From the NCBI GenBank assembly GCA_035084275.1, contig CM068760.1, positions 4,588,001-4,652,000 on the forward strand: a stretch of DNA of 64,000 bases, read 5' to 3'. Within the stretch, counting starts at the first letter, position 1, and every line of letters starts with the position of its first letter. Position numbers and translations under genes: made by a program. Below the pieces are notes generated by a model. The model did no database searches and was not told the DNA's origin. It was given only the letters and a program-made list of their open reading frames with translations. Positions 37,424 to 50,486 of this stretch are shown here, piece after piece. The DNA is from Hydrolagus colliei (taxonomy: Eukaryota).

Positions 37424-39449
37424 GAATGAGCGAGATTGTCATGAAGGGATGCGAGGCATTCAAAATATTTGAAGCATCCGCAAAATGGCTTGAAGTGAAT
37501 GACCAATTTTTATCCTGGGGATTGTTTGGCCTGTATTTTGGGAGAAGTTCCCTTGGTTTCCCCAAGAGTGCTGCGGAATCTCAAACGTAACACCTGAACA
37601 GACAAACGGGACCTCGGCTTCATGTCTCCTCTGAATCAATTGAAGGAGTTGGGATTTTGCCAGTACGATACGCTACTGTGCTTCCAAAGTTCAAATTACT
37701 TAAAAGACACGTCAAATGGACTTTGAAGTGTTTTTAAAGGCCGATGATCCACCTTTTTAGAGCGCAAGCAGTTCTGACCAACTCCAGCTCCGTTTGAACC
37801 CCTTGCATGTCAGCAGGTATGTTTGTAGGTAACATTTTCCAAACTCGATCCAATCCTTCGGGACTGCCCCAGCTATTCTCTGAGCTCGCTGATATCCTTT
37901 CAAAGCCATTGCCTCAAGTCTGCATTCTAAGCCATGGACACTGCTCCGATCCTGAGCTGGTTAGTTTCAATAAAGTGGTAACTGAGAGAGAGAGAGAGTG
38001 TATATATTGGGGATGAATGTATGAATGGGATTCAAAAGTGACAGAATGAAACAACCGACAGGAAGCCTTTGCGACATCGAAGCAATGGATTTGTCTCATA
38101 GTACGTGGTGGAGCTCCGATATAACACTGTAGTTTGGGAGGGGGAGGAGGTGTGTGTGTGTGTGTGTGTGTGCAGGTCCTCGTAATCCCATTGCTGACTA
38201 ACAAGAAGCCATGATTTCCGGTCCAGCGTGTTAGAACTATTCTCACGACTCGTGATACCACCACTTGTACATGCAGGAAGCCTGCCAGCTTCGGGTGTTA
38301 AAAAAATGGCCAACTTCCAAAGACATCAGGTCATCAGCAGCGAGAGTTGGCGACGGTGGCATACCGCTGACCCGCAAATCAGTCTATACTTAGCGCGCAC
38401 GAGAAGCCACTCGTGGTTCCAGAGAGTTATTATACCAGGTCTCCATTGTATTACATTCCACGACAAAGCTTCCAAACACGTATCCTCCTTTTGGGACAGT
38501 TCAGAGTTTGTTTTTCGTTGAAAGCGGTGGAAAGCACACATTCACACACTAATTATTCATCGAACATGTTCTGTCCAGCCAAGGATGGAGCCTCGAATCC
38601 CCAGCCTGCTCCCGTGTTCCAGGAATCTAGTTGCAGCCTCAACCATGGCCTGGATTAACGGGCAAGGTGACAGCTCTCTGTCTCCATTCCAGAGCACAGT
38701 CCGCTGGAGGCGGTGGTTACAAACCACACTCGGAAAACATAAGAGTTGAATCCTGTTAAACGCATAAACAATCTGCCAACGAATGTTGTGCTTGGAATCA
38801 CAGGTTTCGGAGGCAACAGCGAACAGAAATATGAATTTATTCATCTTTGTCCCATAGCCCAGTTAAATGCTTGTTTGGAAATTGATCGAACACAAGCAGA
38901 AGAGAAATATGTATATCTATTTCTTCTCAACGGCGGTGATGGGAAATGGCAAATTTGCCCCCCTCTTGACAGTGAACGGGCTGAGATTTATTCTGCCCAG
39001 CAATTATATAAATATATTAACAATAATCCTTGCATTCCAACATCTCAAAACGCTTCACTGAATATACTGCAAACTGAATAGACTGCATATTTTGTGAGTG
39101 GAATGGTCACAATAAATATATATACAGTATATATACACATATATATACACATATATACATACAGTGTATAAAAAGGCATAACATAACTTGGGCTGTGCTT
39201 CTAAGATTTGAATCAGTTTCCCTTGGAAATGTAAATGGGTCAGGAATAAAATACAATCGAAATGAACATGAAGTAATTGACGAGATTGGACAGATAAATG
39301 ATTCCATTTGTTCATTTCAATGCGTATTTGTTTTTGTGTGGCCTGGGACTAGTTTTGGCCACTTATTCAATCATTTTTCTCCTACAAATTTATTTTCATT
39401 TCCACTCTCCCTGGCCTGCAGGCATTGGCTCTCCTGTTCCTCCGACAGG

Positions 39450-39860
39450 TGTCAGCCTGGCTTGGTTGGTCGCACGCTTGTCTCTGGGTCAAGAGGTTGT
39501 GGGTCGAAGCCCCGTCAGAACTTTTGAACTGAAGGCTTCTCGGCTGACGTTCCAGTGGAATGCCGGGGGAGCGAACGCATTGCTAGATGTGCAGTCCCTT
39601 TAAATGAGGCGTTAAAATTGAGCGTCTGTCTGTCTGTCTGTCTGCCATCCGTCCATCTGTCTGGTTCGCGTTTGAAAGATAATGTAGATCCCGCTTTGAC
39701 CACCGCTCATCTTAACAACTCTCTGAATGTGTAAAATTGGGTCGTTCACTTCATGGCTGTTTGTGGGATATGACTGCAAATTAACTGCGATGCTTGCCTA
39801 CAAAATACACAATGACTACAGCTAAGAGCAAACATTGTTACGTTCTAGGCGCTAAACCAA
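39450..39860 (+). mobile_element. Old tRNA-headed DeuSINE-like element
   Basis: tggcttggttggtcgcac...ctctgggtcaagaggttgtgggtcgaagcccc head; ggctgtttgtgggat...tgcctacaaaa 3' region. Confidence 0.65.
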
Positions 39861-40282
39861 ATAGAAGGATTAATAATTATGGTTATTCTTAATGCAGCAT
39901 ATTAATGGAACAAGAATTTGCATTTATATAGCACTTTAATAATCACTATAGTAATTATTATATTACTATTAGAGCCCTATGGAGCATTATTCCAGGTTCG
40001 ATCAAAAAGACCAGATCTTATAGAAATAAAGTTTCCAACTTCATAATAATTTGTATTATTATAGTTATTATTATGTGGAACAGATATGAGTAGTGGAATT
40101 AATGACCCAGGCATGTAGCGTATGTTTGATCTTTTTTCACAGGGCAAATTTTTTTTACACTGAGCCCTGGTTACATCCAAATGCATAGGGTGGCCTTAGC
40201 TGAACAAGCAGTGGGAGGCATGACAGATTCAATTGGTTAAACTCCCAGCAGTTACCTTCCAACGAACACTCTGGGGTCTTAA

Positions 40283-40332
40283 AGCCTTGGCTCTTGCCAA
40301 CCCTCACCTAATACCCTCTGAATTTGGTAAGC
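40283..40332 (+). repeat. Unclassified repeat, copy 2 (partial)
   Basis: agccttggctcttgccaaccctcacctaataccctctgaatttggtaagc matches copies 1 and 3. Confidence 0.65.
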
Positions 40333-40387
40333 GAGATTGTCCCTGCAGAGAGAGCAATGGGCATTCCATCCCAGACACAGGAAGTGT

Positions 40388-40713
40388 CTTGCAGCTCAGC
40401 GGTTAGAGCACTCGCCTTACAAGCGTGAGACTTGTGTTTCGAATCCAGCCAGGTCAGGACGAAACCTTGGGCAAATTTCCTTACTCCACACACACACATG
40501 CCTAATAATAATCCCTCAAAACTAATAATAATAATATTGGTCATTTCAATCCACGACTGTTTGTGGGGACGCTGCTGTGCGCTATTGGCTGCCGCGTTTC
40601 GCCCACAGATATACACACGATTCACTTTACAGGATATTCTGTGAAGCACACTTAGACGTCTAGAAGACGTGAAAAGCTCTATATCAAATGCAAGGATTAT
40701 TATTATTATTATT
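40388..40713 (+). mobile_element. Young SINE, full length
   Basis: Family consensus with (att)n tail. Confidence 0.92.
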
Positions 40714-41895
40714 TCCATTTGTAGGTGGCTGGCACGTACTTGGAACTCTTCGCCTGGCGGAGAGTTCCAAGTAAAACACGGCGAAGCTTTCTCACATGTG
40801 TCAAGACGGCTCGCAGACCTGGAGAGAAAATGCTGTGCGCAAATTGGCTGCTGCGTTCGCCTACACAAAATACGAACGAAACCCCCAACTCTTTATACTG
40901 CAAATCTCGCGAAGCGCTTCGAGACGTCCTCCAGCTGTGAAAGTCGCCGCGTCAAATTCAAGGGGTGGGTCAATTTCTGTTGATCATTTGGTTTCACAAC
41001 CCTGCAGCGAAGCCGCTCAAAATTCACCAGCGGCTTGGTTTGGAAGGGTAGGATTGGGGAGGGGTGGGGTGGGGGGGGGGGGGGGGTAGGGGGAAAGGGT
41101 GAAAAGAACGGGGCGATGCAAACCAGCTGCGTTAAAGTTTTCTCAGCAGAAGGCGGCCCATTCCTGCAAAGAGAGAGCATTGCGTGGCAGGGATGTTTCA
41201 TGCTGTTTTGATTGTTATCAGACGACCTGAAAGAGGCAATTGTTTTGGCTCGGAGATTACATCACCATTTCCCACTTCAGCTCAACATCCCCAGCATTTG
41301 ATCTGCCTGCAGGTGGTTAAAGAACTTTCTGCACTAACCGCAGAGCTCAAGCACTTCCCCATACCTTGCCCTACCTGCTCCTTCACAGTCAACTTAGCAC
41401 GCAATGCGTTCCGAGTTTAGCAACGAACTCACGCAATGCAACACTGATTGACAGGGCAAAGGCAGCTGTACTCCCAACTGCTTCGCAGTCGTGGTGGATT
41501 GGGACACTTTTTGGCCGATGATTCGGCTCTGCGTGATCCGACCAAAGATTTCAGGAGAAATGGCTAACCGACACATTTTGATGGAAGGGAAAGTTCAAAG
41601 CAAAATATTTTAACCCCTCGAGTTCTGAATCTTTACCCCCCCCCCCCCAACCCCCACACTCCCCACCCACCTGGGTATCAAATGGTAATCATTTCTACGC
41701 TGTGTAACACAGATCGTAAAGAATCCCGACCTCCGCTTTTGACGCGAAAACGTCCGTCGCTTCGCACCGTCTTGCAGCGCTTCGCGGTGAATTGCCGACA
41801 AGTGTAGTGACTGTGTATCTGGAGAGAAATGGAGCAGCCGCTTTGCGCAAGGCACTGCCCAACAAACAGCAATAAGGGTGAATGACCAAGTTAAC

Positions 41896-42150
41896 CTGAA
41901 GCACAGGAGTTAGACCACTTGCCTCACAAGCGAGAGACCTGGGTTCAATTCCAGGCAGGGAGAAATGTTGGGAAGCTTTCCTTACTCCGCAAGTCTGATA
42001 ATAATCCCAAAGAATAATAAATTGGTCATTTCAATCCACGACTGTATGTGGGGACGCTGCTGTGCACAATTGGCTGCTGCGTTTCGCCCACAGTCAATTC
42101 ACTTTACAGTGTATTCGAAATCAAATGCAAGGATTATTATTATTATTATT
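41896..42150 (+). mobile_element. SINE with internal deletions
   Basis: B box gggttcaattcc, core and (att)n tail present; the 3' stem-loop is missing. Confidence 0.8.
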
Positions 42151-42154
42151 CTTG

Positions 42155-42236
42155 CACGGGTTTCGCTTAACGCTGTTTCGCTTAAAGCCACACTTTCCGC
42201 GAACACGACTATGACGTTAAGCGAGGACTAAGTGTA
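42155..42236. mobile_element. Tigger-like MITE end fragment
   Basis: tttcgcttaacg...tttcgcttaaag...cgttaagcgaggactaagtg|TA resembles a Tigger terminal region. Confidence 0.5.
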
Positions 42237-42242
42237 CGTTCT

Positions 42243-42330
42243 AAACATGGGAATGTGAGAACAGGAGTAGGCCACTCAGCCCCTCGAGCCTGTTCCACCA
42301 TTCTCTAAGATCACAGCTCAACTCCATCCT
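42243..42330 (-). mobile_element. CR1 LINE 3' terminus
   Basis: gaacaggagtaggccactcagcccctcgagcctgttccaccattc is the rc of the CR1 3' end typical of sharks and reptiles. Confidence 0.75.
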
Positions 42331-43049
42331 GCCCTCGCCCGCTTCCCACCGCCCCCATCCATATTGCTTGATATCCTTACGCAACAAATATCCGTTTGCA
42401 AAGACTCGAGGATAGGTTCCCCTGATGTGTATGTGTGTATTCTTTTTAAAAAAGGCTCGGCAGTGAAAAGCTCATTTCTCACCCTTGGTATATCATTAGC
42501 CTTCAGCCATTTGAAGGAACTGCCTTGTGAGTAATGATATGAACCATTCCCGCCTGCCAAACCCTGTGAGTCACGCTGCACTTCACAGTCAAATCACTTG
42601 CCAACACTCGGTGTTAAAGCTCCCACGTCTATAATTGCCTTTGCGATGAAATTCCAGAGGGCAACTGGCATGCAGAGAAGAGCACCGAGCAACAGTTTCC
42701 ATTGATGGTTGGTGACTCTCACGGCGGGAGGCTGCGTCAACGCACCTCACGCAATCGGCTGAGGGCAGAGGAGGTGGAAGCGGGGGAAGGGGAAGAATGT
42801 GACTGGAAGCACAGGCGCCCGAACAGGTAGATCGTAAAGCGGGTTTTGAAGGCGGGGACGGAACGAGGAAAGGGGGCGAGGTAGACAGAAACGGCCTCCC
42901 TCCCCCACTGCTTTCACACACACACACACACACGATATTCAAAAAGGGACAAAGGAATCGAACACTGTTAGGAAAGTAGAAGTGGGAAAATAGACAATAT
43001 AAACAAACACTTTACATCCTCTTCACGTCTGTTCACCTCAGAGAGAATC

Positions 43050-43755
43050 CTGTGCGCAATCGGCTGTCGTGTTTTGCCCACAAATATACAGTCAATTCAC
43101 TTTACACTATATTCTGTGAAGCGTTTTGAGACGCCTAGAAGACGTGAAAAGCGCTATAACAAAATGCAAGGATTATTATCACTATTACTATCCACAAAAT
43201 CTAGTCAATCCACTTTACAATAATATTCTGTGACGCGCTCTGAGAGGTCTCAACAATGTGATAAAGCGTTATATGAAACATAAGCATTATTATTATTATT
43301 ACTATTTAACCCTGTGATACTCTTGTATCGCGTAAAATGGTGTAACCAAATGCAAGGATTATGACCACCATTATTACTGCCAACACTCGGCTTTGAACTG
43401 TCGCTCCAGGATGCCCACACTCACTGCTAAGGCTCCTGTAGCTCAGTGGTTAGAGCGCTCGCCTTACAGGCGTGAGACCTGTGTTCGAATCCAGGCAGGT
43501 CAGGGCGAAAGCTTAGGCAAGTTTCCTTACTCCCCACACACGCCTAATAATAATCCCTCCAAAAAACCCACAATAATAAATTCATTCATTTCAATCCACA
43601 ACTGTTTGTGGGGACGCTGCTGTGTGCAATTGGCTCCCGCGTTTTGCCCACAAATATACAGTCAATTCACTTTACAGTATATTCTGTGAAGCGCTTTGAG
43701 ACGTCGGGAAGACGTGAAAAGTGCTATGTCAAATGCAAGAAGTATTATTTTTATT
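43050..43755 (+). mobile_element. Tandem SINE cluster: truncated 3' parts (43050-43190, ~43200-43305) plus a full copy (43431-43755)
   Basis: Successive same-orientation tails, then an intact A/B-box head and body. Confidence 0.88.
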
Positions 43756-45661
43756 TAACTACCATCCCTTTGTGTAGCGTCTAATCTGTTTGCCCTGGTT
43801 GTACACTCAGACCAGCAGGAGCTGTGACCCGATGAACCCTGGCAGCTCTGGAAACACCAATGTGATCCTCGGTGCTATGAGTAACTGCAGCCTGTGCCTT
43901 AAGCAAAGGTCTGTGAACTGCCGAAGTTGTCATTTGGGGAGTTGCCGTTCAAGCCCTCGCCCTGGTTAACTAAGGCACAGCCAGGCTGGAACAGTAGGCT
44001 ACTGTTAACTGTTACCAAAGGACTTTGTAGCAGAGTTTCGCAAAACACAAAGGGTGTGAACAGCTATTTACAAAGTTCAGCTCCAATGATTTCTCCATTA
44101 TCACGAGGGACATTTACTCAAGGTCACAACCCTGCCTCATTAGGACACAGAGCAGGACAAGTAAATGCACCTTTGGGGGAAGTCTTGTATCCGCATTTTA
44201 TCACCTTGTAATTTATTTGTGATGCATTCTCTCTGGCGGCCGGGTGGGCGGTGGGAGAATAATGATCTGTCTGCTGAGGGTAATTTAGTTTTCCAAAGTT
44301 TTTTTTTAAAAAAGGAGGGTAGAAATTTAAAAAGTCAACGCTGACCCACAGCCGACAAAGCCTCTAAACCCCATCTGCGTCCCCGTCCGTTCAGTCCGCT
44401 TATTCAACCGTTCAGTGGGGATTTGAGCCACTCGTTGCGGAATAAGGTCGGGGACACAGAAAAGCCCTGACGTCTCGCTCTGCCAGCTCCTCGTCTTAGC
44501 TGTTTTAGCGGAGGTCTCAAACCGGGACGGCTTGCGAGTTGTCAAATCGAGTTCGCGATTAGCAATGTCCCATCCCCGTTGAAGAGTATCGGTACCAGGC
44601 AGACACAGACACGATACACGTTTACACTCACGGAGCGCCTTTTGCGATGGATGTCTGTCAGACACGCCGTTAAAAAGCGAGAGACCCAGAATGGACCAGA
44701 ATAACTGCAATGAGACCATTTCCACGACTGTTTCAACACCTAGTACAGCTGCGTTTTTTCCCCCTCCCTCCCTCCCTCCCTCCCTAGAATCATTTTCGCC
44801 CCCAAGAAACGGGTTATTTAGTCTGCGTTATACGGAGTTGAACAGGGTGGTTCTAAAAAGCCGTTTGTAACACTAAAACAGTGCAATTATAGCCAAATGC
44901 CTCGTGGGAAGCCTGGCATCAATTGCGATCTGAGGTAAGAGGTCGAGGGGAAGGCGACCAATGAACAATGGCGAGCAGCGAGCAGCTGGTTTACAGTATG
45001 AACCTGAAGTCTATTTAGAGAAACCGTAGGCATATAGCCTTCTCTGCACAGACAGACGGTGGAGGCAGAGTTGCTGCAATTTTTGCAATCATGGGTCTGA
45101 GTGTCTAACAAAAAGTTGCTGTGTGACTTTCCGTACTTAAAAACAAATGAGGAAGAATGTGAATGGCTACCAGACCCCCAAGAAACCGCAATCAATTTTT
45201 TTCGAACAACAACAAAAAAAAAACTCCAAATGCTCAGTTGAGCTTTGCTGGCCGACAAAGCATGTATTGCTTGTCCAAACATATCGCCAGCAACAGAGTA
45301 TGGGGACATTAAAAAAAAAACTTTCCCTTTGCGTTCTTTTGAAGCAACTGGGTATTGAAGGGGATTTTTTTTGGGGTGTTGCTTAAAGGGACAGTGTGTC
45401 ATTCCGTACAGTTGGCGATTTGTGCGGCCTTCCTTTACCAGTAGCGCCCCCCCCCCCCACCCCCACTTCCACACACGCATGCAAAAAAAATGTTTTCCCT
45501 TTTTGCTGGAAGATTGCTTTTGAGACACTGCACATACAGGAATTACCTGTGACGTTGCCTTGACCTTATAGACGCTATACCAACTGCTTGGAAATCAAGT
45601 CGTCAGTCAACTGCCACCTGTAGGCAGTGGTGTAAGGGCTCCGTTTTTGGAAGTCGAGTTC

Positions 45662-45999
45662 AATAACAATGATAATAATCCTTGCATTTGATATTGTGTC
45701 TTTTCACATCTTATCGACGTCTCAAAGCGCTTCGCAGAATATACTCTAAAGTGAATTGACTGTATATTTGTGGGCGAAACGCGGCAGCTAATTGCGCACG
45801 GCAGTGTCCCCACAAACAGTCGTGGATTGAAATGATCAATTTATTATTATGGTGGCCTTTTTTTGGAGGGATTATTATTAGGCGCGTGGGTGCGTGTGGA
45901 GTAAGGAAACTTGCCCAAGGTTTCGCCCTGGCCTGCCTGGATTCGAACGCAGGCCTCACGCTTGTAAGGCGAGCGCTCTAACCACTGAGCTCCAGGAGT
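45662..45999 (-). mobile_element. Young SINE, full length
   Basis: Close match to consensus, with many CpGs retained. Confidence 0.93.
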
Positions 46000-46950
46000 T
46001 TGCGACAATCTCACCCAATGTAATGATTAAGTATCATGTCAGCCCGAATAGAAAATGCTACCAGCTCTCTGCTAAACCGACCGCTGCCAAAGTCAATAGT
46101 ACAAAATGTTAAATATGTGTGGCTAAAACACAGGAGTGTATTTGCTGCAATAAGGAAAGGCTCGTCTAACAGAATGAGCCGCGGGGATTAAGTGGAGTAT
46201 TTATTTTCCTCTCTTTTTGAGAATGAGACGAAAGAAAATGGGAAAATACCAACGCGGCAAGAATGAACGAAATGCATGAAAAAAAAACACACATTATCGT
46301 GGCAAAATCAGTAACTGCTCCCTGTAAATCTCATTGTCCAGCTGTTCGCCTAATCCACTGCAGGTTGTGCAGACTCTATCGAACTGAAGTCAATATATTA
46401 TATATATATATTAGAAGTGGGGGGGAGGGGGTGGGGAGGGATTGGTTTGGAGGGTGAGGAGAGAGAGAGAGAGATGCGGATGATATCTGTCTGGCCAGAA
46501 GAAGAAAGTACGTAATCAGAAACTCAAATAAGCCAAAGAACAAAAGCTTCCGATGTTCCATAAGGATCTGAAATGAAACCTTCAGCTCGTTTTTTTAAAT
46601 ATATATTTAAAGAAAAAGCACCAGCAAGCCTGGCCTAGCAAATGACAACGCTTCTGAAAAGATCTCATTTTGCTGAGAGTGAGTTAGTGTGTCCCAGTGC
46701 AGAGCATTCGTCAGCCCTCCACCTACACGAAAAGCGCTTCATAAATGCGAGTTCTGATTGTCATGTTCTGTGGCTATTGGGAGGGTTCCAGTTAAGGTTC
46801 CATTTAAGCGAGGGATCCAGATGCCAATGCATTATTGTGGCTGCTTGATATTTAAACGCAGTGCATTTTATCAACCAGACCAGCCCCGATAGTTGCGGGG
46901 TTCTTTATTCTTGGGACGACACTCGGTAAGGCAACAAATCCGCAGGGAAC

Positions 46951-47123
46951 CGTTTGTGGGGGACGCTGCTGTGCTGCAATTGGCTGCCGCGTTTTGCCCA
47001 CAAAATATACAGTCAAATTCACTTTACGGTATATTCTGTGAAGCGCTTTGAGACGTCTTGAAGACACGATGAGGCGCGATATCAAATTCAAGGATTACTG
47101 TTATCACGATTATTATTATAATA
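46951..47123 (+). mobile_element. Young SINE, 5' truncated
   Basis: Core and tail only. Confidence 0.85.
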
Positions 47124-47647
47124 AGAGGTCAAGAGCCTCTGTACAAAACAATCCTGTGTAATTGGGGCCAACTTTCCAAATCGAGGGACTTGCGAACGTC
47201 CGCAGGTTAAGTAAAGAGCACAGAAGCTAGAGAGCTGGGTGTAGCGTTTAGTCAGTCGGGGTCAAAGTGTGGTGAAGCCAGACTGGGTAGAAAGGGGATA
47301 AATGAGATGAGCTCCGGCCACCAACCACCTAAGGCGACAAGACCTTAGCCGAGCGGGATTTGAAACCATTTCCGATTCCGTTTGTCCAGGATTCCTGGAC
47401 CGTGGATGTAATACAACATGGCAACCCATTGTCTACACGCCCGGTAAGTCTGTCTGTCGGCAGGGCGATCGAGAGCCACGTGCTTGCAAACAGCATCTCT
47501 TTACCCGCAGCCTGGATGTATCGCTCGGACAAGTCCGTTTCCCCCTGTCCAAACACTGGAAAGCACTCATGCCCGATAAACAGGAGGGAGCATTAACGGA
47601 AAGGAACATTTCTCCTTTAAAGACGGATTTGCCAGTCATGATGCACT

Positions 47648-47682
<35 letters not shown>

Positions 47683-48467
47683 ATGGCACAAGTGAAAATG
47701 TGGCAATTAACGTTTATTATGTTAACCTCGCAGAGTCCCCATTACATGCACAGTGAAAACATTTATGACAGAAGGGTAACCCAAAACTACCACAAATTGT
47801 CTTTTGAGAATGTTTTGCCGTGTAATTACTCTAATTGCAGGAAAACGTACTGTGGAGTGCTTTAACGGGTCTTTTAATTGAGGTGGATGCCCCAGTGATT
47901 TGTGGCCCAAGGACCAACGATGTGAAGTGCCTCCAAAACAGACTGATATTGTGCCACTGCGCACGGTCTGGCGGAGCCGGGAGGTTTGACTCACAGCCGC
48001 TCGTTCACCTGAAGCAAAGCAACAAATGACGCCGTCGTAGTGACACCGCACTAGCGATAAAATAGTCCCCCGTGGGTAACTTGGCGAGCACGCCACACAG
48101 GGTGTGAAAGAAGTCATTCTAATCCCTGCACGGGTTATATGTCGAGACGTCTCAAAAGTTCTTCCGCTTATAGATGGTCAATTGGATTGACTGCATATTT
48201 TCGTGGTCTGGGACGCTGCTACCAATTTGCGCACCACAAAACAACCGTGGATTGAGCAAACCAAATTGTGACTGACGGCTTACGAGCGAGCTTGTCTCTC
48301 AGGCTACGACGAGCCCGTACACCAGTGGGGTTTAACCAGGAATTCAGTGGAATTTCCGAGAGCCGGAAGATTCCTTTGACTTGTCGATTGGTGTTATGTG
48401 TTTAAAAACAGATTCATTACGAGGGCTAAATACAAAAAGGGGGAAACGAGTCCGTCTCTCACTTTGT

Positions 48468-48800
48468 GGAGTCCTGTAGCTCAGTGGTTAGAACAATCAC
48501 CTTACAAGCGTGAGACCTGTGTTCAAATCCAGGCAGGTCAGGGCGAAACTTTGAGCAAGTTTCCTTACTCCACACGCCTAATAATAATCCCTCCCCCAAA
48601 AAAACACTATAATAAAATTGGTCATTTCAATCCACGACTGTTTGTGGGACACTGCTGTGCGCAATTGGCTGCCGTGTTTCGCCCACAACTATACAGTCAA
48701 TTCACTTTGCAATATACAGTACTCTGTGATGCGCTTTGAGACGTCCAGAAGCCGTGAAAAGTGCTATATCAAATGCAAGGATTATTATACAGTATTATTA
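48468..48800 (+). mobile_element. Young SINE, full length
   Basis: ggagtcctgtagctcagtggttaga head through to the tail. Confidence 0.92.
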
Positions 48801-49402
48801 TGTTCAATCTAAAGAGAGCTCCAGCAAGAGTTTAGATTAATTCTCACAAACCACTGACTGGCTCACTCATAAACATAGCAGTTAAGAGCTCTTTTTTTCC
48901 AGAAAACCGCCTATTCCACTAATCCACCAGTCACATGTCGACTGTGTTTGGGTCAGTTCCAATCAAACTGGCAGGTGGAGAAACTAGCAAAGCACTCGCT
49001 CGCTCGGTGTAGAGAGAGGTGAAGCTGACATTCTCCATCTCTCTCTCTTTCTCTCTGTAGTCACCCATTACCTCCACGGTCGACTCACTCTTTTAACTGT
49101 TGGCTGATCAATTACTAATGATTAATCGCTTCCAATGGAACTGCTAACGAACAGGCTCCTCCGTGCCTGACGCGACAGGCTGGTTTGGGGTCATTCCGAG
49201 CCTTTTGTTTTCCACAATAGACTTCCCGACATCCTGTCGATAATGAAACTAACATTGAAACCCCACTCTTTGATCCGCGTTTTATTAGCCGGGCAAATGA
49301 TCCTACACCCAGTACATTACATCCTACACCCATTCCCTGTGGAATTGAACTGGAGAGGGGGTAGGAAGTTGGTCGTCCAAACGTACACAATGGGTTGCGA
49401 TG

Positions 49403-49738
49403 ATAATAATAATACTACCACTAATAATAATAATCCTTGCATTTGATATAGGGCTTTTCACATCTTATTGACGTCTCAAAGCGCTTCACAGAATATACTG
49501 TAAAGTGAACTGACTGCATATTTGTGGGCGAAACCAGGCAGCCAATTGCACACAGCAGTGTCCCCCACAAACAGTCGTGGATCGAATTTTATTCTTGTGT
49601 TGTTTTTCGGAGGGATTATTATTAGGCGCGTGTGTGGAGTAAGGAAACTTGCCCAAGGTTTCGCTGTGATCTACCTGGATTCAAACACAGATCTCATGCT
49701 TGTAAATTGAGTGCTCTAACCATAGAGCTACAGGAGCT
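49403..49738 (-). mobile_element. Young SINE, full length
   Basis: Family consensus on the reverse strand; a further tail fragment follows at ~49826-49920. Confidence 0.92.
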
Positions 49739-50454
49739 GGTGTGATAATCATCAGCATAATTGTTATGCCCGAAGATTTCAGCTGCCATTGCTGAAGATG
49801 GGGTGCACACAGTGTAGTAATGACAATGAAGATAATCCTTGCATTTGATGTAGCACAAATCAAAAGTGCTTTGCGGAATATACTGTAAAGTGAATCGACT
49901 GTACAGTATATTTTGTGGGCGTTAAAGGAGTCGTTACATCACCCTGTAAAAAAAAAAGCTGAAACGCGAACAAAGGCGGAAATAATTCTCAGACAGACAC
50001 AAGAAATCAATTCAAGGGAAGCCAGGTATCGTTCCAAGGTTTCAAAATCCGCAGGACGAAGGGAGTATCCCTGGCAAAAACTATCACCCGTCACAAGAGT
50101 AACACAAAAGTCAACAGAGATTACAGTGTAAAGAAGGACACATTGTTCCCTATTAATAGGAGAGCACAGAGCTCTGTCTGTCTGTGTCATGCTTTGTAAC
50201 CTGAACATATGCCTTGACGTGCTTTGCAGAGTAAAAAGAAATGATAATCCCTACATCTGTTACAGTCTTTCACAGGGTCGGAACATTTCCGAGCGCTTTA
50301 CGGTGAAACGTTAAAGTGAAACGTAGTGACGACGTATTTACGGGCATACGCTTCAGCTGATTTTATGCACAGTATTGTCCACCCCCCCACCCCACCACAC
50401 GCAGTCATGGAGTGATGGGCCAATTTTATCTGGAAGTTTATCAGCCAGGAAACC

Positions 50455-50486
<32 letters not shown>

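Noticed and set aside
38557-39081. Possible nested gene in the large intron (overlapping ORFs on both strands)
   Set aside because: No recognisable homology; the longer ORF runs into a SINE tail, and there is no convincing splice-site framework.
40308-40868. 186-aa ORF and the many ORFs sharing IIIILAFDIALF / CAQLAAAFRPQIYSQFTLQ / KCKDYYY peptides
   Set aside because: These are translations of SINE copies in various frames, not a gene family.
44887-45528. Longest ORF in the track (213 aa)
   Set aside because: Alternative start codon, crosses homopolymer runs, and has no recognisable domain or exon structure.
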